Shown in pieces: positions 1 through 10,701 of a DNA stretch of 64,000 bases. The number at the start of each line of letters is the position of its first letter. Position 1 is the stretch's first letter. Below the pieces are notes generated by a model. It worked only from the letters and a program-made list of their open reading frames with translations. It did not search any database and was not told the origin of the DNA. The stretch is from Candidatus Hadarchaeota archaeon (GTDB taxonomy: Archaea; CAYQAE01; CAYVLA01), in NCBI GenBank assembly GCA_964621445.1, contig CAZUNO010000012.1, forward strand, positions 1-64,000. The letters are read 5' to 3'. Made by a program: the position numbers and the translations under genes.

Positions 1-43
1 AAGGACTAGACCCCTACCAACAAATAACCCAAACCACAACCAG

Positions 44-715
44 CTAAACAGTTACAAGACGGGCTTTTTTTATTATATACTCACCCCTAATTCCTTCCCA
101 CCGTAATTCAGCATCCTGAATATCCAATCTCTTGTCAAATATTGGGCAATCGGTAACCACCGTCTCGGCCTCGCCACCCTCGAATGTGATATCCACTCCT
201 TTCCGGGAACCCAGCCCCTCAAGCTCCCTGATGGAAGATGAATCCAGGACCCTGCCAAGCCAATCTGGTCCCATGCCATCCGCGTATACCCCCACGATAA
301 CTATCTCATAACCTCCAGCCAGCAGTTTATTCAGATGCGAAAGGCCATCCACCCCCCACAGAGGGGCAAATACAGCTAAACCAAGTTCTCCGCACACTCT
401 CTCCACTCTGGTTCTCTGGTACCTGGACCGAATCGCCCCCAGGACCACACCATCGATATCCAAGGTGGAGAGAGCTTCCCTCAGGTCCAGCACCTCTGCC
501 TCCTTTTCTCCGGAACTCTCCCATCTCACATGATTTATGTCCATTGATTCCGTCTGAAGACCCGTCAACCAGAGGTTGGGAACGTGAAACATGTAGGAAT
601 CCCTTCTCTGGGGAAAAATGGTCACCGCATCCGTGACTTCATGACCATCCTCAACGGCAAGCTGGATGGCATTAATGCTGTCCTTGCCTCCTGACAGGAG
701 CGATGCCAATCTCAT
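44..715 (-). CDS. dph6: Diphthine--ammonia ligase (PP-loop ATPase)
   Basis: SGGKDS PP-loop, SYMFHVPN, GAIRSRYQ and EGGEAET motifs. Confidence 0.9.
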   Translation of the reverse strand: MRLASLLSGGKDSINAIQLAVEDGHEVTDAVTIFPQRRDSYMFHVPNLWLTGLQTESMDINHVRWESSGEKEAEVLDLREALSTLDIDGVVLGAIRSRYQRTRVERVCGELGLAVFAPLWGVDGLSHLNKLLAGGYEIVIVGVYADGMGPDWLGRVLDSSSIRELEGLGSRKGVDITFEGGEAETVVTDCPIFDKRLDIQDAELRWEGIRGEYIIKKARLVTV

Positions 716-718
716 TTG

Positions 719-1441
719 TCATTCCTTATCCCAGAAAAAGCGCTCCTTCTCCCCCCGGGTTTCGCATATCTTTATGAAGTTGTTCTCAACCTGCTCCCAA
801 TCCCTCTCGTATATATGAAGAGCCGAGGATACATCAACATACCGCCCTACCTCCAAATCAAGCCTATCAGCTATCTTCCTCTGCAATCTAGTCAGGGCAT
901 AAACATTTAGCCACCATGCCTTCCATAGGTCTCTTGACCTCCAATATGTATGCATCTCCAATTTGCCCTCTATAACCCGGGCCCAAATTCGTTGCAGGCA
1001 GGGAGGGTCCTCCTTCCAGGGGTCATGGGCCGGGAGCCAGGTTATGGCCTGAGCCCTCCTTGAGTAGGGAACATTCTTCAGTTTCCGAGCGATGTACTCA
1101 ACCTGGTCGATAATGGGTTCCTGAGGATAATCATCCGCACCGGCTGGATACTTGAATAGCCGCTGATGGTAAGTATACCACCAGTCCTTTCCGATGCGAT
1201 GATCCTCGATGCCCTCCAGGATTTCCTTTGTATATCCATCCCTTCTGTGCCAGGCAAAAATTGCTTTATGAACTATGGGCTGGCTTAAGGGTTCCAAAAC
1301 CTCTATGCACCCTACCACGTCCTTGGACTTCTCCCCGTACTCGGTGTCCACTATGGTCCCATTTTTCCAGGTGTTGATTACCGCCTTCTCCCAGCCCTGT
1401 CCGATACTTTTGCTCGTAACGCACATGAAACGATCCGACAT
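719..1441 (-). CDS. thyA: Thymidylate synthase, archaeal ThyA type
   Basis: YTYHQRL, SRRAQ, PPCLQ (catalytic Cys), RSRD, HIYE. ATG at 1441 chosen over the ORF-track start at 1471. Confidence 0.8.
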   Translation of the reverse strand: MSDRFMCVTSKSIGQGWEKAVINTWKNGTIVDTEYGEKSKDVVGCIEVLEPLSQPIVHKAIFAWHRRDGYTKEILEGIEDHRIGKDWWYTYHQRLFKYPAGADDYPQEPIIDQVEYIARKLKNVPYSRRAQAITWLPAHDPWKEDPPCLQRIWARVIEGKLEMHTYWRSRDLWKAWWLNVYALTRLQRKIADRLDLEVGRYVDVSSALHIYERDWEQVENNFIKICETRGEKERFFWDKE

Positions 1442-1454
1442 TAGGTTACCTCCT

Positions 1455-3005
1455 TTACCTTCTCCTTCCACCCATTCTAGATGATCTCCTTCTCATCCTG
1501 AAATAGAAGAAGACCGATTGTAGGAGCATTAGAACCGGGAATATCTCCAGTCTCCCGGCCCACATATTGATTATCAACATTATCTTGGCGGCACTGTCCA
1601 TGGCCGGGCCTGTAATTCCTACCGACATCCCAACGTTCCCCTGGGCCGAACATACCTCAAACAGTACGTTGATTGCCGGCTCGGAAGGACCCTGTATGTG
1701 CATTAAGGCCAGAATACCGATAACCAGAAGGATTAGATACATGAAGGAAAGCGTGGATGCCTCCAGTATATCCTCCGTCATCTCGTCCTCAGAAAGAACT
1801 GCCCGGCCAAGATTCTTCTTTATGTATATGCCCGAAGGCATAAAAGTTTCCATGAATTTCCATTCGGCCCCCTTGGTGATCAATATGAGTCTAATTAGCT
1901 TTATACCACCCACAGTTGACCCAGCTGCTCCACCTGCTATCATGGCCAGGGAGATAATAAGCTTGGCAGAGGCCGTCCAGTTACTCAAACCCGTTGTCTG
2001 AAGTCCCGTGCACGTAATTGCTGAAACGAACTGGAATGAAGAAAAACGAATTGATTGCCAAATATTTTCGAGAAAAGGACCGTTCACGAAGATTTCGGCT
2101 GCCAACAGACCGGTTCCCAATAGGCAGAGCGAGAAAAGGACCTTATTCTGAACGTCCAATATCATTTCCTTGAATTTCTTCCTGAGAACATCGTTATGAA
2201 CCACGAAAGATATGGCACCCAGAAGCATAAGAGGTATGATGGCCGCCTCAAAGATTGGCCTGTCATAGGTTCCGATGCTGTTGTCCTGAACGGAAAAACC
2301 CCCGGTGGCAAGACCGGTCATGGCGTGATTTATGGAATCCCACACCGGCATTCCCACAACGATCAATAACAATATCCCGATAACCGTGTAGATCAGGAAT
2401 ATCTTCCAAATCTGTCTCACGGTATCGATTATCCTTGGCTCAAGTCTATCTGATCGGGCCTCGCCCATATAAAGGGAGAAGGCCCCGGTTCCAGGGCGGG
2501 CCAATATGGCGAGCATGAGTACAATTACTCCCACACCCCCAACCCATTGGGTCAGGGTCCTCCAGAACTGGATGCTCCTGGGTAGAAGCTGTTCATGGAC
2601 TACCATGGTTAGCCCGGTTCCCGTCCATCCGGACATGGCCTCGAAATAGCCGTCAAGGAAGGTCATATTTAAGACGAGTTCCGAATCCTCGGGGATCGAA
2701 TCCGAGACCATGGCAAATGGTATCGCACCTACAAGGGCCACCAGAAGCCAAGCTATGGCGGCAGCCATCATGCCGTGTTTGTTCCTAGCATCATCGGCGT
2801 GTCTAAATGGAATATAAAGCAATGCCCCAATTGCAAAAGCCACCAGGGACCCGGTAGCGAATCCCCATACCGCGAAATACTCGCCAAAAATCACGCAAAC
2901 AAGGAGGGGAACTAAACCTACACCTCCCATTAATAGCATTATCAGTCCCACTATATTGGCTAATATTCTAAGATCGTGCCTCTGAACTAGAAGCTGGCTC
3001 GCCAA
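1455..3005 (-). CDS. trkH: Trk potassium uptake membrane subunit
   Basis: Multi-pass membrane protein with four pore-loop motifs (SGWTGTG, ATGGFS, TCTGL, GNVGMS), GSTVGGIK and GRLE. Confidence 0.93.
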   Translation of the reverse strand: MASQLLVQRHDLRILANIVGLIMLLMGGVGLVPLLVCVIFGEYFAVWGFATGSLVAFAIGALLYIPFRHADDARNKHGMMAAAIAWLLVALVGAIPFAMVSDSIPEDSELVLNMTFLDGYFEAMSGWTGTGLTMVVHEQLLPRSIQFWRTLTQWVGGVGVIVLMLAILARPGTGAFSLYMGEARSDRLEPRIIDTVRQIWKIFLIYTVIGILLLIVVGMPVWDSINHAMTGLATGGFSVQDNSIGTYDRPIFEAAIIPLMLLGAISFVVHNDVLRKKFKEMILDVQNKVLFSLCLLGTGLLAAEIFVNGPFLENIWQSIRFSSFQFVSAITCTGLQTTGLSNWTASAKLIISLAMIAGGAAGSTVGGIKLIRLILITKGAEWKFMETFMPSGIYIKKNLGRAVLSEDEMTEDILEASTLSFMYLILLVIGILALMHIQGPSEPAINVLFEVCSAQGNVGMSVGITGPAMDSAAKIMLIINMWAGRLEIFPVLMLLQSVFFYFRMRRRSSRMGGRRR

Positions 3006-3142
3006 GGTTCCCTCATTACGCCACCTGCCTTTGCTTATTTATCTCTTTGTCCCCTTGCCCCTTGCCATGGCCAAGGGATCTTCAGGATAGGGGATAGGTC
3101 TATTAATAAGTCCCCAACCTCACCCTGAAATGAGGCGAAGAT

Positions 3143-4189
3143 ATGCGTGGCGAACATAGCTACGCGGAGGCCGGAGTCGATATCGAATCCGATGATCAGG
3201 CCATAGCGGCGATTGGAAAATGGATTGAAAGAACATACTCCTTCAGGGAGGAAAACACCTTTCCTGAAGTCAAGGGACATTACTCTGGGCTATATAGGCT
3301 CGATGACCAAAGGGTCCTGGCAATTAGCACCGATGGAGTGGGAACCAAGCTCATCGTTGCCCGAATGATGTCCAAATATGACACCGTCGGCATTGATCTA
3401 ATGGGGATGCTTGCCAATGACATCATATCGGTGGGATCGACCCCAGTGGCAATGGTAGATTATATCGGCGCCAGAAAGCCAGAACCCGACCTTCTATCCG
3501 AAATAGGAAAAGGAATCTATGAGGGATGTAAAAGGGCCCATGTGGTGGCCTTAGGGGGGGAAACCGCAACCATGCCTGACCTCATTGGCGATCTTGACCT
3601 GGTGGGGGCAATAGTAGGCTTATGCGATGAGGAACAACTGGTCCTCGGGTCAGGGATACGGGAAGGGGATGTTCTGGTGGGCATCAGATCCAGCGGTATG
3701 CATTCAAATGGATATACCCTGGCCAGAAAGGCCTTCTTCACCTGGAACGATTTCTCGATTCATGACCAGCTCCCAACCGATGAATCCACCAGCATCGGGG
3801 AGGCCCTGATGATCCCTACCACCATCTACGTGGACGTTATTCTGGAGATCCTTAGGAACCTAAAACCGCATGGCCTGGCGCACATAACCGGTGGCGGTTT
3901 AACCAAACTACGTAGGCTTAAATCGGGAATGGGATATGTTATTGACCGCATCTTCCCAACCCATCCAATCTTTGAAGCTGTCAGAAAACTGGGCAAGGTT
4001 TCGTGGCCCGAGATGTATAGGACCTATAATATGGGCGTTGGATTCGCGGTAATAGTACCGCCCGAGTCCGCTGCCCAGGTGATAGAAATCTGCGAGGGTA
4101 ATGACATGGAAGCAAAACCGATAGGAACCGCAATACCGGACCCGGATCAGAAAATTAGGATAAAGGCACAGGAGAAATTCGTCCTTTAG
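3143..4189 (+). CDS. purM: Phosphoribosylformylglycinamidine cyclo-ligase
   Basis: YAEAGVD, STDGVGTK, GGETA, HSNGY, HITGGG, TYNMGVG. Confidence 0.95.
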   Translation: MRGEHSYAEAGVDIESDDQAIAAIGKWIERTYSFREENTFPEVKGHYSGLYRLDDQRVLAISTDGVGTKLIVARMMSKYDTVGIDLMGMLANDIISVGSTPVAMVDYIGARKPEPDLLSEIGKGIYEGCKRAHVVALGGETATMPDLIGDLDLVGAIVGLCDEEQLVLGSGIREGDVLVGIRSSGMHSNGYTLARKAFFTWNDFSIHDQLPTDESTSIGEALMIPTTIYVDVILEILRNLKPHGLAHITGGGLTKLRRLKSGMGYVIDRIFPTHPIFEAVRKLGKVSWPEMYRTYNMGVGFAVIVPPESAAQVIEICEGNDMEAKPIGTAIPDPDQKIRIKAQEKFVL

Positions 4190-5556
4190 CCATTGTACCC
4201 CCAGGATTCGCGGGCTAGCTTTAGCACACGATCCACCTGTTCCCTGGCCGTGCCCAGGTAGCTCTCGGGTTTCATCGCCTCATTAATCTCCTCCTCGGAC
4301 ATTAAATCGGTCACCTCAGGTTCGGTCTTCAGAGCCTTGGAGAAGTGGCACCCATCCTCAAGGGCCTTGAGTGAGGCCTTCCTGATCAAAGCGTGAGCAT
4401 CCTGTCTTCCCATCCCCTTTTCGGTCAGGTTAATCATCATCCTCTCGGCCATAGTTAGACCCTTGGTCAGATGTAGATTCCTCTCAATACTCTCCTCCTC
4501 GAAGACCAAACCTCTAACGACATCCGATGCCAAGGAAAGAGCATAGTAGAGGTACATCGTGGCGTCCGGCAGGGTGACCCTTTCACAGGAGGAATTGGTA
4601 AGGTCCCTCTCGTGCCACAGCACATTACATAGTAGCTGTGGTTCAAGCATGGATCTCACGATCCGAGCTAGTCCACAGATCCTTTCCGACCTTATTGGGT
4701 TTCTCTTAGAGGGCATCGTAGAACTCCCTACCTGCTTCTTGCGGAACCCTTCCCTGACCTCATTCAGTTCAGTCCTCTGCAGATTTCTGATCTCCGTGAA
4801 TATCTTGTCCATGGTGGTGGCGATCTGGGCCAGGCAGAACAAGTAATCGGAATGCCTATCTCTCTGCAGTATCTGGCTGGTTATCAGGGGCTCATGGAGA
4901 CCGATCCGTTCCATTATTATGGATTGTATCTCCATTCCCTTTTCTCCCAGGGCGGATTGAGTTCCCACAGCCCCCGTCATCTGGCCAACGCAAACCCTTG
5001 ACTTCGCCTCATCCAAGCGATCGATATTCCTCTGCATTTCGCAGGCCCAAAGACCGAACTTCATCCCGAAGGTTGTTGGTAGAGCGTGCTGTCCGTGGGT
5101 TCGCCCGATACAGACCAGATCCCTTCTCTCCCGGGCATGGTCCAGAAGCACATCTCTTAGTTCAACCGAACGTTGGCGAATCAGCTTCAGGGAATCTCTC
5201 ATCTGGAGAGAAAGCGCCGTATCGGTGATGTCATTGGATGTGGCCCCCAGATGGACATAACGACCTGCATCCCCATCACAAACCTCGGTTAGGGCCATGA
5301 CCATTGCCATCACGTCATGATGGATTTCCTTATCGATCTCATTTACCCTTTCCACGCTAACGTGATCGGCTGAAGCCTTCTCGGAGATCTCTTCCGCAGC
5401 AGCGACCGGTATATTCCCAACCTTCGCATGAGCCATGGCCAAGGATCCCTCGACCCTGAGCTGATAATCTAGCTTGCTCGATTCTTCCCAGATCGATGCC
5501 ATCTCGGGTCGAGAGTACCTTCCGATATCTATTGGGGTAATAGGCATTACGGACAC
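4186..5556 (-). CDS. purB: Adenylosuccinate lyase
   Basis: HHDVMA, HLGATSND, GRTHGQHA, GSSTMPSKRNP, WHERDLTNSS. Confidence 0.95.
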   Translation of the reverse strand: MSVMPITPIDIGRYSRPEMASIWEESSKLDYQLRVEGSLAMAHAKVGNIPVAAAEEISEKASADHVSVERVNEIDKEIHHDVMAMVMALTEVCDGDAGRYVHLGATSNDITDTALSLQMRDSLKLIRQRSVELRDVLLDHARERRDLVCIGRTHGQHALPTTFGMKFGLWACEMQRNIDRLDEAKSRVCVGQMTGAVGTQSALGEKGMEIQSIIMERIGLHEPLITSQILQRDRHSDYLFCLAQIATTMDKIFTEIRNLQRTELNEVREGFRKKQVGSSTMPSKRNPIRSERICGLARIVRSMLEPQLLCNVLWHERDLTNSSCERVTLPDATMYLYYALSLASDVVRGLVFEEESIERNLHLTKGLTMAERMMINLTEKGMGRQDAHALIRKASLKALEDGCHFSKALKTEPEVTDLMSEEEINEAMKPESYLGTAREQVDRVLKLARESWGYNG

Positions 5557-5618
5557 CTTAAGGAGGGGTGCTCCGGGTGGTAGATAAATCGAATCGATCT
5601 AGGCTCGAAAAATATGAA

Positions 5619-5843
5619 TCAGAGGAACATTGCCTCTTCCATCTTGCTGGCCAGGTCCTCTGGAAGCCTCTCAGCCACCGGCTCCGCATCAACCGTTTCC
5701 TCGGAATAAGCAGGCACCACGCCGACGCCATGTTCCTCGAACTTCTTCATCAGCTTCTCGAGCCTGCTCATCTTCTTCTCAAAGTTACGAGAATTGATTA
5801 TCTTCCAGACAAAATCCTCAGAGAATACAACCGTCAACTTCAA
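5619..5843 (-). CDS. Small hypothetical protein
   Basis: 74-aa ORF filling the gap between two co-oriented genes; protein-like charged composition. Confidence 0.5.
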   Translation of the reverse strand: MKLTVVFSEDFVWKIINSRNFEKKMSRLEKLMKKFEEHGVGVVPAYSEETVDAEPVAERLPEDLASKMEEAMFL

Positions 5844-5916
5844 AGCACCGGCCGAGGCTCAGAGAGGGTCTCTTTTTAAAAATATTCCACTTCCGGCACT
5901 CGGTGTCAGTCATAGG

Positions 5917-6687
5917 TTAAGGTCCCGGCACTATGAAATCGTCTCCACCCTGGTAGGTCATCTGTATCTCCGAGTAGAGATCCAGGTATCCCCATCCCTC
6001 GCGAACCGATAATTTAAGAAGCTTGAATGCCTCCTGGGTCTCCTCTAGAAGACGACAAATTCTAGTGCCCACCGTCTTTGTTGCCCCACCTTCCTCCATC
6101 AATGCATCGTAGAGAATATCGGGCTCGGAGACCCACCTATCAACCCTCTCCATTTGATCCTCCGACAACATGTCGGCCTTGCTAAGCACCCTCGACACGG
6201 GAACCCCAAGCTTAAGTTCGGCGGTTAGGGAAAGAAGCAGGATTGATACGAAGCTAGAGGGGGTTTGGGTGAGAAATGGGTCAACAAGAAATGCGGCAAT
6301 AATTTCCTCCTTCTGAAGGGCCTGCACCACGAATATGCCTGAAGCCCTGAACACGAATAACTCCAATTGACCTGGAGTATCCACAAGGAGGTAATCCGGG
6401 TCATACTCCTCTATCTCCTCCCTGATATCACCAAAATCCTCCGCAATGAGATCAGAAGAGGCGATTATGGCCCCGTTTGGACCAAGACCGTACTTGTCCA
6501 TGACCTCTCCAAGCCTGATATGATCCCTTACATCCACTTCCGGGACATACGGTAAACGTTCTGCACCTGGATCCAGGTTTGCAATCAGCGCGTTCGCTCC
6601 ACGTTCCTGAAGCCATTTCTGGGTGCCAAAGGCCATGGAGGATTTACCGGAACCAGCAGTTCCTAGAAAGAAAATAACCTTCATCAT
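5917..6687 (-). CDS. GPN-loop GTPase
   Basis: GTAGSGKS P-loop, NLDPG, LGPNG, DTPGQLELF. Confidence 0.93.
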   Translation of the reverse strand: MMKVIFFLGTAGSGKSSMAFGTQKWLQERGANALIANLDPGAERLPYVPEVDVRDHIRLGEVMDKYGLGPNGAIIASSDLIAEDFGDIREEIEEYDPDYLLVDTPGQLELFVFRASGIFVVQALQKEEIIAAFLVDPFLTQTPSSFVSILLLSLTAELKLGVPVSRVLSKADMLSEDQMERVDRWVSEPDILYDALMEEGGATKTVGTRICRLLEETQEAFKLLKLSVREGWGYLDLYSEIQMTYQGGDDFIVPGP

Positions 6688-6836
6688 TCTTCAACATGGT
6701 TCCCCTTTCTAAAGTGTAATCGAACAGCGCGTAGGCCGTCTTTCCGAGGTGTCTGATGAAGATTTCCCTGGTATTTTAACTCGCTTTAAGGGGGGAGAAA
6801 AATGATATAAGAGGTATTTCACTTCTACAAAAAATA

Positions 6837-7370
6837 GTGCATCTCAAGGAAATTTCGGACATGAAAACCGACTCGGTCACGGTAAAGGTGACGGCCAGCC
6901 TGCCGGAAATCAATCTCGTGGCCCAAAAGATTGGTCCGTTCTCCGCGGGATCGGAGATAGAACTTGATCGCTGGCAGGCAGAGGTACTTGGAGAGTGGGG
7001 CATAATCGAATGGCATAAGGATTCCCAATCTCTGCTCCTGCAGGCCTACCAGTCACGAGATAAGGAACAACGAGGACGCGGGCTGGAATCCATCGGCGAT
7101 ATATATCAGATGTTTCCTGGCCTGGTCAGATGTCTAAGGGAAGAGGGAATGTTCACTCAGAAAAGGAATGCGGTTAAGGCCCTCTTGGAGGACCTGGTGT
7201 CCTCCCGAACCAATAAGATCACCAGGCTATGTCGTTTGGATCAGGAGCCCCCCATGGATTCCCTTAGTCCCGAGGAGCAATGGCTATTCTCCTCACTCAA
7301 TAGAATATTCAGAACCTGGAGGGAAAACACCGGATCTCTGATGGCTGAATCTAGGGGGGATGATCAATGA
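6837..7370 (+). CDS. GINS complex subunit (Gins23-like, B domain first)
   Basis: N-terminal GPF..G.EIEL..W.A..L B-domain followed by a helical domain; overlaps the mcm start, as in known gins23-mcm operons. Confidence 0.7.
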   Translation: MHLKEISDMKTDSVTVKVTASLPEINLVAQKIGPFSAGSEIELDRWQAEVLGEWGIIEWHKDSQSLLLQAYQSRDKEQRGRGLESIGDIYQMFPGLVRCLREEGMFTQKRNAVKALLEDLVSSRTNKITRLCRLDQEPPMDSLSPEEQWLFSSLNRIFRTWRENTGSLMAESRGDDQ

Positions 7371-9388
7371 GAGAGCGCTTTGTCGAATTTCTAAAATCTA
7401 CCCAGAGGGACGGGGAATTTGTATACCGTCAGGCAGTTAGAGAGATGCTGCTGGCCGATGAGATCTCGCTCGAAATCAACTTCCCGGACATCAGGAGTTT
7501 TGACCCGGATCTAGCGGAGGAGGTACTGGAGAATCCGAAGCAGGCCTTTGAGGCCGCCTCCCTCTCAATCAATGATCTTCTCCGTTTGGAGGGAGAGGAA
7601 GAACTCGAGGAGGTCCACGCCCGTTTCAAGAATCTTCCCAAGCTCACCCAGATCAGGGACATTCGAGCCCGGGACATAGGAAACCTGATCATGATCGAGG
7701 GGGTGGCCACCAGAGTTACCGATGTAAAACCCGAGCTCAGCGAAGCTATCTACAAATGCGAGAGATGTGGGGAGTCCATCTGTGTCATGCAGTCGGGTGA
7801 AAAGGTAAAGAAACCGGCCATGTGCGATAACAGGTCCTGTGCATCGAGAGGCCCATTTTCCCTAATTGGGGAGCAGTCCAAGTTCCTGGACTGGCAGGGG
7901 GCCAGGATTCAGGAAAAGCCGGAGGCTCTACGTGGGGGCAAGATGCCGGTTTATATAAACACCATAATCCGGGACGACCTGGTAGAGACCATACAGCCAG
8001 GAAACAGGATAACCCTCACCGGTTTGCTCAAAGCTTCCCAGCCGGGAAGCAAGGGAAAATCAAGCGATACCGTACTTGAGAAGTTCATCGAGGTCAACTA
8101 TATCGAGGCCCAGGAAAAGGGGATCGAGGAAATAGAGATTACGAAGGATGATCTAGCTGAGATCGAGAAGCTTTCCAAGGACAAACTCCTCTGCGAGAAG
8201 ATTATGAAATCCATCGCCCCTTCGATCTGGGGCTTCGACCCCATAAAAGAGGCCATCGCTCTACAGCTCTTCTCGGGAAAGTACAGAGCGCTTCCGGACG
8301 GAACATGGCAGAGGGGGAATATCAACATATTGCTCATCGGAGACCCGGGAGCAGGCAAATCAGCTCTTCTCAGCTATACCAAAACCCTGGCGCCGAGAGC
8401 AGTGTACGCTTCGGGTCGTTCAAGTTCTGCTGCCGGCCTGACTGCCGCAGTACTGCGGGACGAGATGAGCGGCGGGTTCGTGCTCGAGGCCGGTGCACTC
8501 GTACTTGCCGACGGTGGAATTGCCTGCCTGGACGAATTCGAGAAGATGGATGAGGCGGATAGAGCCGCCATCCACGAGATAATGGAGCAGGGCACACTCT
8601 CAATCGCTAAGGCCGGCATTGTGGCTACCCTAAACGCAAGAACATCCGTTCTGGCTGCTGCTAATCCCAAGTTCGGAAGATTCGACTCCTATAGAAGCAT
8701 TGCGGACCAGATAGACCTACCACCCACCATCCTATCACGATTTGACCTCATATTCCCAATCCGTGATGTGCCAAAGGAGGAAAAGGATCGTAAGATTGCC
8801 CGTCATATACTCAAATTTAGGTCCATGTCCGGCGATCAGCTGAAGAATACGTTAGATCCGGAACTTCTGAGAAAGTACGTTAGCTATGCCCGGAATAATG
8901 TCAAACCATCTATTACCGAGGAGTCGGCCAAGCGTATTGAGGACTTCTATGCCGATGTCAGGTTGGGGGGCTCCGAGGGAAACCCCATCCCCGTCACCCC
9001 CAGGCAGCTGGAGGCCATCGTGCGTCTCTCCGAGGCCAGAGCGAGGATGAGGTTAAAGAAGGAAATCACGCCCGAGGACGTGAGCCACGCCATAGATCTA
9101 ATGGAGTACTGTCTCAAGAGCGTGGGGGTGGATCCCGAAACGGGCAAGATGGATATAGATAAGATGCTAACCGGGAAGTTCAGGTCTCAGTGGGACAGAC
9201 TTGCTGGTCTGAGCGACCTGATTAAGGAGCTATGCCAGAAGCACGGCGGCCTGGTTCCAATGAAGGAGATCCTGGAGGAGGCCCAGGAAAAGGGTATAGA
9301 CCAGAAGGATGCGAATAGATTACTCAAGGAAATGAAAAGGAAAGGCGAGCTTTACGAGCCCAAACTTGGTTATATCAGCATGTCCTGA
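7367..9388 (+). CDS. mcm: MCM replicative helicase
   Basis: C4 zinc finger, GDPGAGKS Walker A, IACLDEFEKM Walker B, SRFD arginine finger, C-terminal wHTH; no intein seen. Confidence 0.97.
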   Translation: MRERFVEFLKSTQRDGEFVYRQAVREMLLADEISLEINFPDIRSFDPDLAEEVLENPKQAFEAASLSINDLLRLEGEEELEEVHARFKNLPKLTQIRDIRARDIGNLIMIEGVATRVTDVKPELSEAIYKCERCGESICVMQSGEKVKKPAMCDNRSCASRGPFSLIGEQSKFLDWQGARIQEKPEALRGGKMPVYINTIIRDDLVETIQPGNRITLTGLLKASQPGSKGKSSDTVLEKFIEVNYIEAQEKGIEEIEITKDDLAEIEKLSKDKLLCEKIMKSIAPSIWGFDPIKEAIALQLFSGKYRALPDGTWQRGNINILLIGDPGAGKSALLSYTKTLAPRAVYASGRSSSAAGLTAAVLRDEMSGGFVLEAGALVLADGGIACLDEFEKMDEADRAAIHEIMEQGTLSIAKAGIVATLNARTSVLAAANPKFGRFDSYRSIADQIDLPPTILSRFDLIFPIRDVPKEEKDRKIARHILKFRSMSGDQLKNTLDPELLRKYVSYARNNVKPSITEESAKRIEDFYADVRLGGSEGNPIPVTPRQLEAIVRLSEARARMRLKKEITPEDVSHAIDLMEYCLKSVGVDPETGKMDIDKMLTGKFRSQWDRLAGLSDLIKELCQKHGGLVPMKEILEEAQEKGIDQKDANRLLKEMKRKGELYEPKLGYISMS

Positions 9389-9468
9389 CCATCCATGTAC
9401 TCCAAATAAGATACTTAAAGCGCATTCAATACCATAGGGCCAGTCCTAATTCTCTCGACGGTGATTAC

Positions 9469-10701
9469 TTGAATTCCGTCCCCAAGGCAAAAACAATCCT
9501 CAGCCGGCATTATCTATGTGATTCCTGCCTGGGAAGGCAGTTCGCCTACTCCCAAGAAGATAAGACCAACGAGGAACTCGGAAAGCAAATCAGGGAAGCG
9601 GCTAGAGAGGGGAGCGAGGGAGATCAGGTAAATCACTGCTATATCTGTCATCCCCTCAGAACCCAGCTTGAGACCCTGCATAAACAGGCGCCCAAAAGAA
9701 TGAAGAATATCCAATGTAACACCTTCCTGGTTGGCATTAGCATATCCGATGAGACGGTGAATAAGGAGGATGAGCTGAGGATGAGACACTCCCTTCTGGA
9801 CAGCGAATCCCTTAAAAGGGAACTCAGCAGGGAACTCGGCAAAAGTCTCTGCCGGGAGCTTGATCTCGAGATCGATTTTGAGAATCCAGATATTGCCATG
9901 ATATTCGACCTTTCCAGCCAACCACCAAGGCTTAAGCTTCAGATCAACCCCCTCTTCATCTATGGTCGTTACAAAAAGCTGGAAAGAGGCATCTTCCAGA
10001 GCCAACGATATTGTGAGAACTGTCATGGCAAGGGATGCGAGCAGTGCCTTTTCACGGGATACAAATCGGAGGATACCGTTGAAACCATGATAACCAGCCA
10101 GCTCGTTAAGGCCTTTGAAGGGGAGGACACCAAGTTTCATGGGGCTGGGCGAGAGGATGTAGACGCGCTTATGCTGGGTGACGGCAGGCCTTTCGTTGTG
10201 GAGATCCTGAAGCCCAGGGTCCGTAATGCCGATCTTGAAAAGTTGGAGAAGCAAATAAACGATAAATGGGAGGGCAAACTTGAGGTCACCGATCTAAGGC
10301 CCTCCTCGAGAAATGAGATGCAACAAATCAAGACTGGGAGATTTGACAAGAGTTACGAAGCTTCTTTCTCATTTTCTGGGACCGTTGAGGAATCGGACAT
10401 CGATAATATTCAGGAAGAGGTGAAGGGAACGGAAATAAGCCAGAAGACGCCCCTGCGGGTTCTCCAAAGACGCAAGAATACTACTCGGAAGAGGATGGTC
10501 AAGGACCTGGAGATACTTGAAATCGATTCCGATGCGGGGACTGGTCGGGTTCGACTAACCAGCGAAAGTGGGTTCTATGTAAAGGAATTCATGACCGGCG
10601 ACCAGGGAAGAACCAAACCTAATATGAAGGACCTATTGGGGGTGTGTGATCTGAAGGTAGAGTCCCTAGATGTGGTGAGGATCCACGACGAGGAAAGTTA
10701 G
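9469..10701 (+). CDS. pus10: tRNA pseudouridine(54/55) synthase Pus10
   Basis: CDSCLGRQF, YGRYKKL, FHGAGREDVD (catalytic Asp), GFYVKEF. Confidence 0.93.
   Translation: MNSVPKAKTILSRHYLCDSCLGRQFAYSQEDKTNEELGKQIREAAREGSEGDQVNHCYICHPLRTQLETLHKQAPKRMKNIQCNTFLVGISISDETVNKEDELRMRHSLLDSESLKRELSRELGKSLCRELDLEIDFENPDIAMIFDLSSQPPRLKLQINPLFIYGRYKKLERGIFQSQRYCENCHGKGCEQCLFTGYKSEDTVETMITSQLVKAFEGEDTKFHGAGREDVDALMLGDGRPFVVEILKPRVRNADLEKLEKQINDKWEGKLEVTDLRPSSRNEMQQIKTGRFDKSYEASFSFSGTVEESDIDNIQEEVKGTEISQKTPLRVLQRRKNTTRKRMVKDLEILEIDSDAGTGRVRLTSESGFYVKEFMTGDQGRTKPNMKDLLGVCDLKVESLDVVRIHDEES

Noticed and set aside
7367-9388. Intein in MCM
   Set aside because: At 673 aa the motifs are contiguous, with no insertion.
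9514-10254. 246-aa antisense ORF
   Set aside because: Shadow of pus10 with no recognisable motifs.
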